From positions 155,971-219,970 of the forward strand of contig JAAZNV010000006.1 in assembly GCA_012798115.1 (NCBI GenBank): 64,000 nucleotides of DNA. Reading direction: 5' to 3'. This document shows positions 38,227 through 47,157 of this stretch, in pieces. Numbering within the stretch: position 1 is the stretch's first letter; every line of letters begins with the position of its first letter. Made by a program: the position numbers and the translations under genes. The notes below the pieces were generated by a model. The model was given only the letters and a program-made list of their open reading frames with translations. It did not search any database and was not told the origin of the DNA. Source of the DNA: a candidate division WWE3 bacterium (GTDB lineage Bacteria; Patescibacteriota; WWE3; UBA101185; UBA10185).

Positions 38227-40334
38227 TGGCAAATACAAGATTCTGGGGGTCTAAACCTTCCAATAACGGTAAGATAAAAGGTCTTAGTAATGATTCAGCT
38301 AACAACAATGGTGGCAATACCAATAGTGTTAATAATATTAATATTAACAGTGTTAGTGACAATTCATTAGCATCTAATAAAGTTGGTTTAAGACCATCAC
38401 AAGCTATATCAAGTTTATCTAATCCACCTAAAATTAAATTTCCAAAAGTGGAGAATAAAAAAAATATGAAAAATGCTAAAAAAGCTGGGGCTATTGCCTT
38501 AGGAATAATTATTTCTCTTCTCTTATTTCTTTACTTATTGGTAGCTAAACCTGCTTTAGCTGTTTATTCAACTGCAAAGGTATTGAAAACTGATTTTGTA
38601 AAAGTTAGTGAAGCAATGAAAAACAGGGATCTTGTTGCGTTAAACAATGAGCTTGATAACACGGAAAAAGATTTGAATAACTTAAGAAGTGCAAAAGAAA
38701 AGAAATTTGGGTGGGCTAAGAATCTTAAATTATTTAAAGCAAATGAGTTTTATTCAGACTTAGATAGATTTATTAATGCAGGAATATATGCAATAGATGC
38801 TTTAAGGGAAACGTCTACAATAATTACCCCTTTTGCATCTGCAGCAGGACTTAAAGTATCCCCTGATCAAGAACTACCTGAAGCAGAAGGGTTAATGGAA
38901 GCATTTCAAGGTTGGATTTCTGTAATGCCTCAAGTGGCTGATCAAATGGATGGTGTAATTGAAAAGGTTGCAAAAATAGGAGATGAACTAAAATCTATAA
39001 ATGTAGATAAATATCCAAAAAAGATTGGAAAGTTTGCAATTAGATCAAATGTTGAATTCTTAAAGAACAACCTAGCAAAGGCAGATGATTACGCTCCGGA
39101 TATTAAGAAAGCTTTAACAATTATACCTGAGATGCTTGCCGTGGGAACTCCCACTAAAAGATACATGATTATCATGCAAAATGATAAAGAAATAAGACCA
39201 ACTGGAGGTTTTATGACTAATTATGCAACATTTAAGATCACTAACGGTCTTCTTGATTCAGATTTTACTTCAAAAGATATGTACAGCATTGATTTGGCTT
39301 TACAACCTTTAGATGATGCTGGATATGACTTTCCAGATGCTCCTGTTGCTTATATGAAGCTTTTGAAGGTAGAAAGGTGGTTTGTTAGAGATATGAATGC
39401 CTCACCAGACTTTGTGACTTCTATGGATCAGTTTATGCAATACTACAATATGGCTGGAAGATATAATCCTTATGAAATAAAACCTATTGATGGGATATTT
39501 TCCATTGATACGTTTGTGATACAAGAACTTTTAGATGTTACAGGTCCTGTTACTGTAAATGGCGTAACTTATGCAAAGGACAATGTTGTCTTAGAACTTG
39601 AAAAGATTGCTTCTCTTGCTTTAGCTGAGCAAGCAAACAGAAAGAAAGTACTCGGTGATCTAATGCAAGGTATGTTAATAAATGTGTTTGAGTCTGATAG
39701 TAGTATTTGGCCAAAATTACTAGAAAAAGGAGCAGATTTAGCGGCTAGAAAGCATATTCAGGTTTATATCTTTGATGCAGAAGCTCAGTCTTTAATAGAT
39801 AGTTATGGTTTTGGAGGAAGAATAACAGAGCAAGTTGATGGTGATTACTTAGCTGTAATTTCTACTAACCTTGGGGGAGACAAGACAAACTGGTTTACTT
39901 CAAAGGAAGTAACTCACACTCTTGAAAAAAGCAATAATAAATGGATGGATACAGTAAAGATAAAATACACATATACTCAACCAAGTGATGATTATATTGC
40001 CCTTGTTAAAAGGTTTAGAGATTGGGTAAGAGTTTATGTTCCTATAGGATCAGAGTTGATATCCGTTGAAGGCTCAGAAGATTCTACTCTTAATCTTACT
40101 GACCAAGAAAGGAATAAGGTATGGTATAGTGGCTATCTTGAATTAGGCCCTGGCGAATCAAAAGAAATCACTTTCAAGTATTACCTTCCTTCTGATGTTA
40201 AGATAGATACAGTCTATAATTTGACCATTCAAAAGCAGGGTGGAACAGATAAAGAAAAGTATATTATTATCTATGGAAATACTAAGAAGGAAATAAACTT
40301 GGATAAGGATACAAAAGTTAGCATAGATTTATAA
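38226..40334 (+). CDS. DUF4012-family membrane-anchored protein with Asn-rich N-terminus
   Basis: MQNDKEIRPTGGF, RDMNASPDF, NLGGDKTN, RVYVP.GS, QKQGG. Confidence 0.82.
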   Translation: MANTRFWGSKPSNNGKIKGLSNDSANNNGGNTNSVNNININSVSDNSLASNKVGLRPSQAISSLSNPPKIKFPKVENKKNMKNAKKAGAIALGIIISLLLFLYLLVAKPALAVYSTAKVLKTDFVKVSEAMKNRDLVALNNELDNTEKDLNNLRSAKEKKFGWAKNLKLFKANEFYSDLDRFINAGIYAIDALRETSTIITPFASAAGLKVSPDQELPEAEGLMEAFQGWISVMPQVADQMDGVIEKVAKIGDELKSINVDKYPKKIGKFAIRSNVEFLKNNLAKADDYAPDIKKALTIIPEMLAVGTPTKRYMIIMQNDKEIRPTGGFMTNYATFKITNGLLDSDFTSKDMYSIDLALQPLDDAGYDFPDAPVAYMKLLKVERWFVRDMNASPDFVTSMDQFMQYYNMAGRYNPYEIKPIDGIFSIDTFVIQELLDVTGPVTVNGVTYAKDNVVLELEKIASLALAEQANRKKVLGDLMQGMLINVFESDSSIWPKLLEKGADLAARKHIQVYIFDAEAQSLIDSYGFGGRITEQVDGDYLAVISTNLGGDKTNWFTSKEVTHTLEKSNNKWMDTVKIKYTYTQPSDDYIALVKRFRDWVRVYVPIGSELISVEGSEDSTLNLTDQERNKVWYSGYLELGPGESKEITFKYYLPSDVKIDTVYNLTIQKQGGTDKEKYIIIYGNTKKEINLDKDTKVSIDL

Positions 40335-40361
40335 CTGCACTTGATTTTGTTTTAGATGATT

Positions 40362-40388
40362 AATTACCCCGCTTTAAGCGGGGTAATT
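40362..40388 (+). terminator. Hairpin terminator after DUF4012 gene
   Basis: AATTACCCCGC-TTTAA-GCGGGGTAATT perfect inverted repeat. Confidence 0.75.
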
Positions 40389-40407
40389 TGAAAGTTAAAT
40401 GTAAAGA

Positions 40408-41136
40408 ATGAAAAGGTATAACACTCAAGCAATTGTCTTGAAAAGCATTAAGTATAAGGATAGTGATAAAATATTTACACTTTTAACCAAAGACTATGGA
40501 AAGGTTTCTGCTATTGCAAGAGGTGTTAGGAAAATTAATTCAAGAAGATCTGGTAATCTTGATACCTTAAATTTGATTTCAATCAGCTTTTATGAAGACT
40601 CTCATGATATGAGAAGTATAGAAGAAGTTAAGACTATTAAGTCCTTTAGAAATCTTAAAAAAGACCTTGAGAAATCTACAAAGGCTTATTATATTGTTGA
40701 ACTTATCCATAAATCTGTAGAAGAAAATGAGAAAGTGGAAGATATATTTAACTTAGCTTTACAAAGCTTAAAGACTCTTGATGAAAATAAGTATTCAGGA
40801 GGTTTAATCATTAACTTTTTTGAGTTGAATCTTATGAAAATTCTTGGATACCAGTTAACTTTAAATAAATGTAGGAAGTGTGAAAGGGTTTTAGATAATA
40901 GTTGGAAGAAATACTTTTTCAATGTAGATAATGGAAGCTTTGAATGTGAAGATTGTACAAAATATGGAATTGAAGTATCAAAAGGAGCTGCAATAGAATT
41001 TTTAAATGTCTTTAATGGTAAGTTAACTAAAGAGTCCCAAGAAGTGGATAAAGAAATAGACAAAATACTTAAAATTTATATAAGCAGGAAGCTTGAGAGT
41101 AAGTTTAAAAGCTTAGAGATTGGTTCAATGATTTGA
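40408..41136 (+). CDS. recO: DNA repair protein RecO
   Basis: AIVLK..YKDSDKIFTLLTKDYGKVSAIARGVRK, CxxC...CxxC zinc finger. Confidence 0.93.
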   Translation: MKRYNTQAIVLKSIKYKDSDKIFTLLTKDYGKVSAIARGVRKINSRRSGNLDTLNLISISFYEDSHDMRSIEEVKTIKSFRNLKKDLEKSTKAYYIVELIHKSVEENEKVEDIFNLALQSLKTLDENKYSGGLIINFFELNLMKILGYQLTLNKCRKCERVLDNSWKKYFFNVDNGSFECEDCTKYGIEVSKGAAIEFLNVFNGKLTKESQEVDKEIDKILKIYISRKLESKFKSLEIGSMI

Positions 41137-41148
41137 TATACTTCCTTT

Positions 41149-42525
41149 ATGAAAGAAACTGAGAATTTACAACAAAAAGTAGTTGCCTTGTGCAAGAGAC
41201 GTGGTTTTGTGTTTCCAGGGTCAGAAATATATGGAGGACTTGCTAATACTTATGATTATGGGCCTTTAGGGGTTTTAATGATGCGAAACATTCAAAATCT
41301 TTGGTGGGAGAATTTTATTACTAAAAGATCAGATATGTATGGTTTAGACACAGCAATTTTCATGGCTCCTGATGTGTGGGTTGCATCTGGACATACTGCT
41401 AATTTTAATGAGGTGTTAATAGATTGCAAGAAATGCAAGAGTCGAACTGGAGCAGAAAAGATGATTGAAGCTTACTTAGAAAGTAAAGGAGATTTTACTA
41501 AAGTTGAGGGTTTACCTGTTGAAGAATTGGAAAAAATAATAAATGAGAATAAAATCTCTTGCCCTGAATGTGGAGAGTTTGATTGGACTAAACCTAGGAA
41601 GTTTAACAATCTTTTTGAAACTCACATAGGTATTGTTCCTGAAAACAAGTCTTTAACTTACTTAAGAGGTGAGCTTGCTCAAGGGATGTTTGTTAACTTT
41701 AAGAATGTTACAGATTCTTTAAGATGTAAAATCCCATTTGGGCTTGGGCAAGTTGGTAAGGTATTTAGAAATGAAATAACCAAGGGTAATTTTATTTTTA
41801 GAACCCTTGAATTTACCTTAATGGAATTTGAATACTTTTTTAACCCTAGTAAGCAAAAGTGGAATGATTTATTTGAATACTGGAAAGAAGAGATGAAAAA
41901 GTGGATTATATCTCTTGGTATTTCGGAGTCTAAGATTAGATGGAGAATTCACACAGATGAGGAACGAGCACATTATTCGACAAAAACAGAAGATTTAGAC
42001 TTTGAATTTGCTGTTGGTTTTAAAGAAATGCTTGGAATTGCTTATAGAACCGACTTTGATTTAAAAAACCACATGGAAAAATCCAGCGTAGATTTAAGGT
42101 TCACTGATCCAGAAAGTGGAGAAAGATATGTTCCTCATGTGATAGAACCAACATTTGGTTCATCGAGGATATTCTTAGCTCTTCTTACCAATGGGTATAC
42201 TGAAGAAAAAGATAGGGTATTTTTAAAATTAAATAAATTAGTAGCTCCTTATAGGGTTGCAGTATTTCCGCTTGTTAAGAACAAGGAAGAAATTGTTGAA
42301 AGAGCAAGGAAAGTTTATGAAATGATTCAAAATAAAGGATTGTCTGTTGATTGGGATGATAGGGGAAACATTGGAAAAAGATACTTTGCTCAAGATGAAA
42401 TAGGAACACCTTGTTGTATCACTATTGATTATCAAACGCTTGAAGATAATACAGTTACAATAAGAGATAGGGATACTATGAATCAACAAAGGGTTAAGAT
42501 TGAAGATATTTTTTCTAAAATCTAA
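41149..42525 (+). CDS. glyQS: Glycine--tRNA ligase, alpha2 (eukaryote-like) type
   Basis: CKRRGFVFPGSEIYGG, DYGPLG, FRNEIT, VPHVIEPTFG, IGKRY.AQDEIGTP. Confidence 0.95.
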   Translation: MKETENLQQKVVALCKRRGFVFPGSEIYGGLANTYDYGPLGVLMMRNIQNLWWENFITKRSDMYGLDTAIFMAPDVWVASGHTANFNEVLIDCKKCKSRTGAEKMIEAYLESKGDFTKVEGLPVEELEKIINENKISCPECGEFDWTKPRKFNNLFETHIGIVPENKSLTYLRGELAQGMFVNFKNVTDSLRCKIPFGLGQVGKVFRNEITKGNFIFRTLEFTLMEFEYFFNPSKQKWNDLFEYWKEEMKKWIISLGISESKIRWRIHTDEERAHYSTKTEDLDFEFAVGFKEMLGIAYRTDFDLKNHMEKSSVDLRFTDPESGERYVPHVIEPTFGSSRIFLALLTNGYTEEKDRVFLKLNKLVAPYRVAVFPLVKNKEEIVERARKVYEMIQNKGLSVDWDDRGNIGKRYFAQDEIGTPCCITIDYQTLEDNTVTIRDRDTMNQQRVKIEDIFSKI

Positions 42526-42572
42526 AAATTACTTTAAGCTTTGATATAAAATTTGGGAGTTAATAATTTTCA

Positions 42573-42890
42573 TTAATTAACTCCCGCTTTGTTTTTCTTT
42601 TCTAAGAATTGTTCAAATGTAAGAGCTTCCAAACCTCTTTCATTAAGAGTTCTTAGTTGACAAGCTCTAGCATTAACCATAGTTAGTACTTCCCTGGCGC
42701 TACTCTCTAAGTAAAACGGGCCCATTATTCCACTTGATATATTTACACCTTTGAGGGTATCTTTAAAGACTTTGCTGTTTATTACTTCCTTAGCAGCTGC
42801 CATATCAAAATGGTTTTGTAGGTCTATTACCCAAGGCTTAGCTCCTTCCCAAGGTTTCATCGGGTTAAAGGCTTTTTTTAATTTTCCCAT
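42573..42890 (-). CDS. Hypothetical protein (~105 aa)
   Basis: SD AAGGAG before ATG 42890. Fills the gap between glyQS and mraZ. Confidence 0.6.
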   Translation of the reverse strand: MGKLKKAFNPMKPWEGAKPWVIDLQNHFDMAAAKEVINSKVFKDTLKGVNISSGIMGPFYLESSAREVLTMVNARACQLRTLNERGLEALTFEQFLEKKNKAGVN

Positions 42891-42973
42891 TTCTCTCCTT
42901 TTTATTAGTGCAAATAGAAAGTATACAAAATTATTTTCTATATTCAATACTTCGGGTTTTGTTTGTATTGACA

Positions 42974-43019
42974 ATGGATATCAAATGGTGGAATATGGAT
43001 ACATTACGGTGAAAGATGG
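42974..43019 (+). promoter_or_regulatory. MraZ-type operator: five AYGG direct repeats at 10-11 bp period
   Basis: ATGG at 42974, 42985, 42995 and 43016, ACGG at 43006, just after TTGACA (42968-42973). MraZ is known to bind periodic TGG-containing repeats upstream of its own operon. Confidence 0.7.
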
Positions 43020-43033
43020 TGAAATATATGAGA

Positions 43034-43438
43034 ATGTTTCTTGGGGAATATCAACCTAATATTACCGAAGGATCAAGACTAGCTTTGCCCAAGAAACTTC
43101 GGGAACAAATACGAGGGGATGAGCTTGTCCTCTCAAAGGGTTTTGAGAAGTGTATTTTTGTTTATGATAAAGAAGATTGGGTAGTTGAAGCAAATAAGCA
43201 GGTTGAAAACCCAATAAGTGACTCAAAGACAAGAGATCTTAAGAGGTATATGTATGCAGGAGCAGTTGAATCAACAATAGATGCACAAGGGAGGATAGTT
43301 TTACCCAACAGTTTAAGGGAATATGCAGATATTAGTAAAAGAACTTCAGTAATTGGAGCAGGAGATCATATAGAAATATGGGATTTGAATAATTGGAAGG
43401 AAAGATTAGAAAAAATTTCACGAGAGATATCTGCTTAG
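43034..43438 (+). CDS. mraZ: Transcriptional regulator MraZ
   Basis: MFLGEY, RLALPKKLR, DAQGRIVLP, GAGDHIEIWD. Confidence 0.95.
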   Translation: MFLGEYQPNITEGSRLALPKKLREQIRGDELVLSKGFEKCIFVYDKEDWVVEANKQVENPISDSKTRDLKRYMYAGAVESTIDAQGRIVLPNSLREYADISKRTSVIGAGDHIEIWDLNNWKERLEKISREISA

Positions 43439-43442
43439 AAAG

Positions 43443-44324
43443 ATGATTTATCATACACCTGTTCTTTTAAAAGAAGCACTAGAAAATCTAAGAGTGAAAA
43501 AAGGTGGAAAGTACATAGATGCTACTCTTGGAGATGCAGGGCACACTATAGAAATATTAAAAAAGGGTGGAAGTGTGTTGGGAATTGAAATAAACGAAGG
43601 AGCACTTGTAAGAGCAAGGAAAAGAATTGAGGAAGAAAATCTAAGTCAAAACTTTATTGGGATATTAGGGAACTTTAAAAATATAGAAGAAATTGCAAAT
43701 GATAATGATTTTAACGAAGTAAGTGGAGTTCTTTATGATCTTGGTTATAGTTCTTTTGAATTAGATTACGGAGGGTTTGGTTTAAGTTTTCAGAAAGATG
43801 AGCCACTTGATATGAGATTAGATAAAAGCTTAGGAGTAACTGCTGAAGATTTAATAAACTCTCTTAGTGAAAAAGAGCTTTCTAATCTAATTTTTAATTA
43901 TTCAGATGAAAGAATGGCGAGAAAGTTTGCAAGAGCTATCGTTAAAGCTCGTAATTTGAAGAAGATTCAGACTACACTACAGCTTGCTGAGGTAATAAAG
44001 TCTGTTTCTTCCCCAGGTTATGAACGAGGTAGGATTCATCCTGCCACACGAACCTTCCAGGCACTTCGAATCGCAGTAAACGATGAGATAACTAACCTGG
44101 AGAAATCACTGCCTCGGGCCGCGCACTTATTGCTGCCTGGTAGTGTGATCGTATTGATCACCTTCCATTCATTGGAAGATAAAGTGGCCAAGGATTTTGG
44201 TCGAAGTGCGCGGTCCAGTGTAAAAGAAATATTTGAAAAACCAATAACTGCTTCTTATGAAGAGTTAGAAGCTAACACTAAAAGTAGAAGTGCAAAGCTT
44301 AGGGTTTTTGAAAAGATAAAGTAA
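43443..44324 (+). CDS. rsmH: 16S rRNA m4C1402 methyltransferase RsmH (MraW)
   Basis: HTPVLL, DATLG.AGH, DLGYSS, PLDMRLD, HPATRTFQALRIAVNDE, FHSLED, SRSAKLR. Confidence 0.96.
   Translation: MIYHTPVLLKEALENLRVKKGGKYIDATLGDAGHTIEILKKGGSVLGIEINEGALVRARKRIEEENLSQNFIGILGNFKNIEEIANDNDFNEVSGVLYDLGYSSFELDYGGFGLSFQKDEPLDMRLDKSLGVTAEDLINSLSEKELSNLIFNYSDERMARKFARAIVKARNLKKIQTTLQLAEVIKSVSSPGYERGRIHPATRTFQALRIAVNDEITNLEKSLPRAAHLLLPGSVIVLITFHSLEDKVAKDFGRSARSSVKEIFEKPITASYEELEANTKSRSAKLRVFEKIK
43927..44220 (+). ncRNA. Putative multi-domain structured RNA element embedded in the rsmH mRNA
   Basis: GC island (106/210 G+C in 44011-44220 vs ~29% in flanks), nested stems including GGCCGCGCACTT/AAGTGCGCGGTC and CCAGGTTA/TAACCTGG, G-U pairs favouring the sense strand. 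Confidence 0.7.
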
Positions 44325-44326
44325 GT

Positions 44327-44638
44327 ATGTTTAAACAAAAGAAAAATATATTTAAGTTAAGTTTTGTGTTTGCAACTTTTTTATTTTTGTCCTGTGTTGT
44401 TTGCAAGCTTTACTTATGTAGTAGCTTGGCTATTAAGAATAGTGAGTTAGAAAATACTATTAATGCTAAAAAACAGCTTGAGAAGGAGATATCCAAGCTC
44501 AGTTTTGAAAATTCTACTCTTTCTTCAATAGATGCTGTTGAAAAAAAAGCTAGAGAAATGGGTTTTATTGATATGTCAGAAAGACTTTCATCGATAGATC
44601 CAAATGCTCCTGTTCAAGTTGCTGTGCTAAAGCAATAG
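44327..44638 (+). CDS. ftsL: FtsL-like cell division protein
   Basis: TM helix plus coiled coil plus LSSIDAVEKKAREMGF. Lies between rsmH and ftsI. Confidence 0.75.
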   Translation: MFKQKKNIFKLSFVFATFLFLSCVVCKLYLCSSLAIKNSELENTINAKKQLEKEISKLSFENSTLSSIDAVEKKAREMGFIDMSERLSSIDPNAPVQVAVLKQ

Positions 44639-44686
44639 GTCAATCAATAGGTTTTACCTCGTAAAACGTTCTTGTACAATTAAGGT

Positions 44687-46513
44687 ATGATTTCAAGGAG
44701 AAAAAAGAAGTTACCGCTTGAAGATTGGAGGATTAATATCATTTTTGTATGTTTCATTCTCTTCTTTTTCTTGATAATTCTTAGGCTTTTTACCATTCAA
44801 ATTTTAAATCATGAAAAATATTCGGATTTAGCTCAAGACCAATATTGGGATCAAACAACAATTTCTGCTAAGAGAGGTGATATTTTAAGTTCTGATGGGT
44901 ATGTCCTTGCAGGAACTCAGACTTATTACTTAATGTTTGGGGAGCCAAAGAAGATAAAAGATCCTTACCAAGTTGCAGATGATCTTGCTAGTATTTTAGT
45001 TGATCTAAGGTATAAAGAAACAGAAAAATCTGGAGATTCTGCTCAATGGAAAACTAAAGAAGACGTGAAAAAAGATTATTTTAACTCGATATATAAAGCT
45101 CTTTCTTTAGATTTGCTTTGGGTTCCTCTCCAAAAGGAGATTACTCCTGTAGAAAAGGAGATAATTGAAGGGAAAGATATTAAAGGTATTGGCTTTGATG
45201 ATATGCCAATCAGGTATTACCCGGAAGGTTCTCTTGCTAGCCATGTGCTTGGTTTTGTTGCTAGTAATGATAAAGGAGAAAAGACTGGTTATTATGGCAT
45301 AGAAGGTGGCTTAAACAATGATTTGAAAGGAAAACCTGGAAAGCTTTTTGAGGAAACAGATGCTGTGGGGTTACCAATTTTAATGGGTAGTTATAAAAAA
45401 GTTGAACCCGTACAAGGCAGGAATGTAGTTTTAACAATAAATAGATCTATTCAATACATTGTAGAAAAAAGACTAAAAGAAGCCGTAGAAAAATATGATG
45501 CTGTTTCAGGAAGTATTATTGTTATGAACCCTTTTACAGGTGAAGTTTTGGCTATGGCTAACTATCCAACTTACTATCCTTTTGATTTTACTGCTGAAGA
45601 AAAAACCAGTGAAGATCAAAGAAGAAAAGATGTAGAAAGAAAAAATTTAACAATATCTGATACCTATGAACCAGGATCTGTAATTAAACCTTTGACTATA
45701 TCTGCAGCTATTGATCTAGGCATAGTTACTCCAACTACTACATATCAAGATAGTGGTCCTACAAGATACTCTGATTATGTTATAGATAATTGGGATGGCA
45801 AGCATTATGGACTGATGAATATAATTGAACTTCTCCAAAAATCAAATAACATTGGAGCAGCTTGGGTTGGTCATCAAGTTGGAAGGGAAGACCTTTATAA
45901 ATACTTTTCTAACTTTGGATTAGGAGTAAAGACAAATATTGATCTTGAAGGAGAAGATAGTGGAATACTTAGAGACTTTAAAGAATGGACAGATATAGAC
46001 ACAGCAACAGCTTCTTTTGGACAAGGGTTGTCAGCAACACCTCTTCAAGTTCTAAATGCTTTTAACGTCATTGCAAATGGAGGATACCTTCTACAACCTA
46101 AAATAATATCCAAATTAATTGATGAAAAAGGATCTGCAGATATCCCAGTAAAAGTTATTAGACAAGTAATGTCTAAGGAAACGTCAAATACTATGATAGA
46201 TCTTCTGGAAAAGGCTGCAGAAGGGGGAGAAGCTAAGTATTTTATTCTAAAGGATTATAGAGTTTCTGGTAAAACAGGAACAGCTCAGATACCAGAAGGA
46301 GGAAAATACTCTCCTGATAGGACAAATGCTACTTTTGTAGGTTTTATGACCGGCTCTAAAGCTTTTTCTATGATAGTAAAGTTTGAAGAACCAGAAACTT
46401 CTATATATGCTGCTGAGACGGCAGCACCTGTTTGGATGCAAATTGCTTTGGATTTAGTTAACTTTTTTGGAATACCTCCGGATAAAGTTATTAATCCAGC
46501 AACGAAAAATTAA
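44687..46513 (+). CDS. ftsI: Class B penicillin-binding protein (FtsI/PBP2 family)
   Basis: RGDI, RYYPEG, EPGSVIK (SxxK), SNN (SxN), KTGTAQ. Confidence 0.92.
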   Translation: MISRRKKKLPLEDWRINIIFVCFILFFFLIILRLFTIQILNHEKYSDLAQDQYWDQTTISAKRGDILSSDGYVLAGTQTYYLMFGEPKKIKDPYQVADDLASILVDLRYKETEKSGDSAQWKTKEDVKKDYFNSIYKALSLDLLWVPLQKEITPVEKEIIEGKDIKGIGFDDMPIRYYPEGSLASHVLGFVASNDKGEKTGYYGIEGGLNNDLKGKPGKLFEETDAVGLPILMGSYKKVEPVQGRNVVLTINRSIQYIVEKRLKEAVEKYDAVSGSIIVMNPFTGEVLAMANYPTYYPFDFTAEEKTSEDQRRKDVERKNLTISDTYEPGSVIKPLTISAAIDLGIVTPTTTYQDSGPTRYSDYVIDNWDGKHYGLMNIIELLQKSNNIGAAWVGHQVGREDLYKYFSNFGLGVKTNIDLEGEDSGILRDFKEWTDIDTATASFGQGLSATPLQVLNAFNVIANGGYLLQPKIISKLIDEKGSADIPVKVIRQVMSKETSNTMIDLLEKAAEGGEAKYFILKDYRVSGKTGTAQIPEGGKYSPDRTNATFVGFMTGSKAFSMIVKFEEPETSIYAAETAAPVWMQIALDLVNFFGIPPDKVINPATKN

Positions 46514-46630
46514 TTCATCTATTTTTACTAGATAATCACTACTTTTCAAAGATGCAGAAAGCTGTATCTTTGTATTTAGAAGAAGAGAACTAACAAGAGT
46601 TAAGAGTAGGAACAAAGGTAAGGTTGCAAC

Positions 46631-46678
46631 AAAGCTGGGGAAGGAATTCATTTCCTTTAAACCCCAGCTTTTTGTTTT
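46631..46678 (+). terminator. Intrinsic terminator (AAAGCTGGGG...CCCCAGCTTTTTGTTTT)
   Basis: 10-bp outer stem, inner AAGGAA/TTCCTT stem, U-tract. Confidence 0.75.
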
Positions 46679-46743
46679 CTTAAGTACTTCTTTAATCTTT
46701 ATTCATTGTTTACTTATTTACTCCTATTTTGTAGTATTTATTT

Positions 46744-47148
46744 ATGCCTAAGAAAATATTATTTATTGAAGATGATGAAGGTTTTTTTAATATATTCTCT
46801 GTTCCACTAAAAATGAAAGGTTATGATATTGTTCATGTTTCTGATGGGTCCCTTGCCGTTGAAAAGGTGATTTCAGAGAAGCCTGATTTGGTTCTTCTTG
46901 ATATAGTTCTACCAGGGACAAGTGGCTTAGATGTCTTAAAAGAACTAAGGGAAAGGGAAGAGACTAAGTTAACTAAGATAGTGATGCTGACCAATTTTGG
47001 AAGTGATGACAACATTGCAAGAGCCATGGAGTACGGAGCAAGTGATTACTTAATGAAGTACAACATTGTCCCTTCTGAACTCCCAAGTAAAATAGCTGGG
47101 TTTTTAGGTGAAACACAGGAATCTGTGGTAAAAGTAACTGAGTCTTAA
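46744..47148 (+). CDS. Single-domain response regulator (receiver only)
   Basis: ILFIEDD, DLVLLDIVLPGTSGLDVL, MLTN, GASDYLMK. Confidence 0.92.
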   Translation: MPKKILFIEDDEGFFNIFSVPLKMKGYDIVHVSDGSLAVEKVISEKPDLVLLDIVLPGTSGLDVLKELREREETKLTKIVMLTNFGSDDNIARAMEYGASDYLMKYNIVPSELPSKIAGFLGETQESVVKVTES

Positions 47149-47157
47149 ACTGCCCAA

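Noticed and set aside
43927-44220. rsmH GC island as RNase P RNA, tmRNA, SRP RNA or an intron
   Set aside because: No GAGGAAAGUCC, tRNA-like ends or SRP loop was seen on either strand, and the RsmH frame is continuous and of normal length.
43034-46513. Truncated dcw cluster (mraZ-rsmH-ftsL-ftsI only) and alpha2 GlyRS as novelties
   Set aside because: Both are commonly seen in CPR genomes and are used here only as taxonomic hints.
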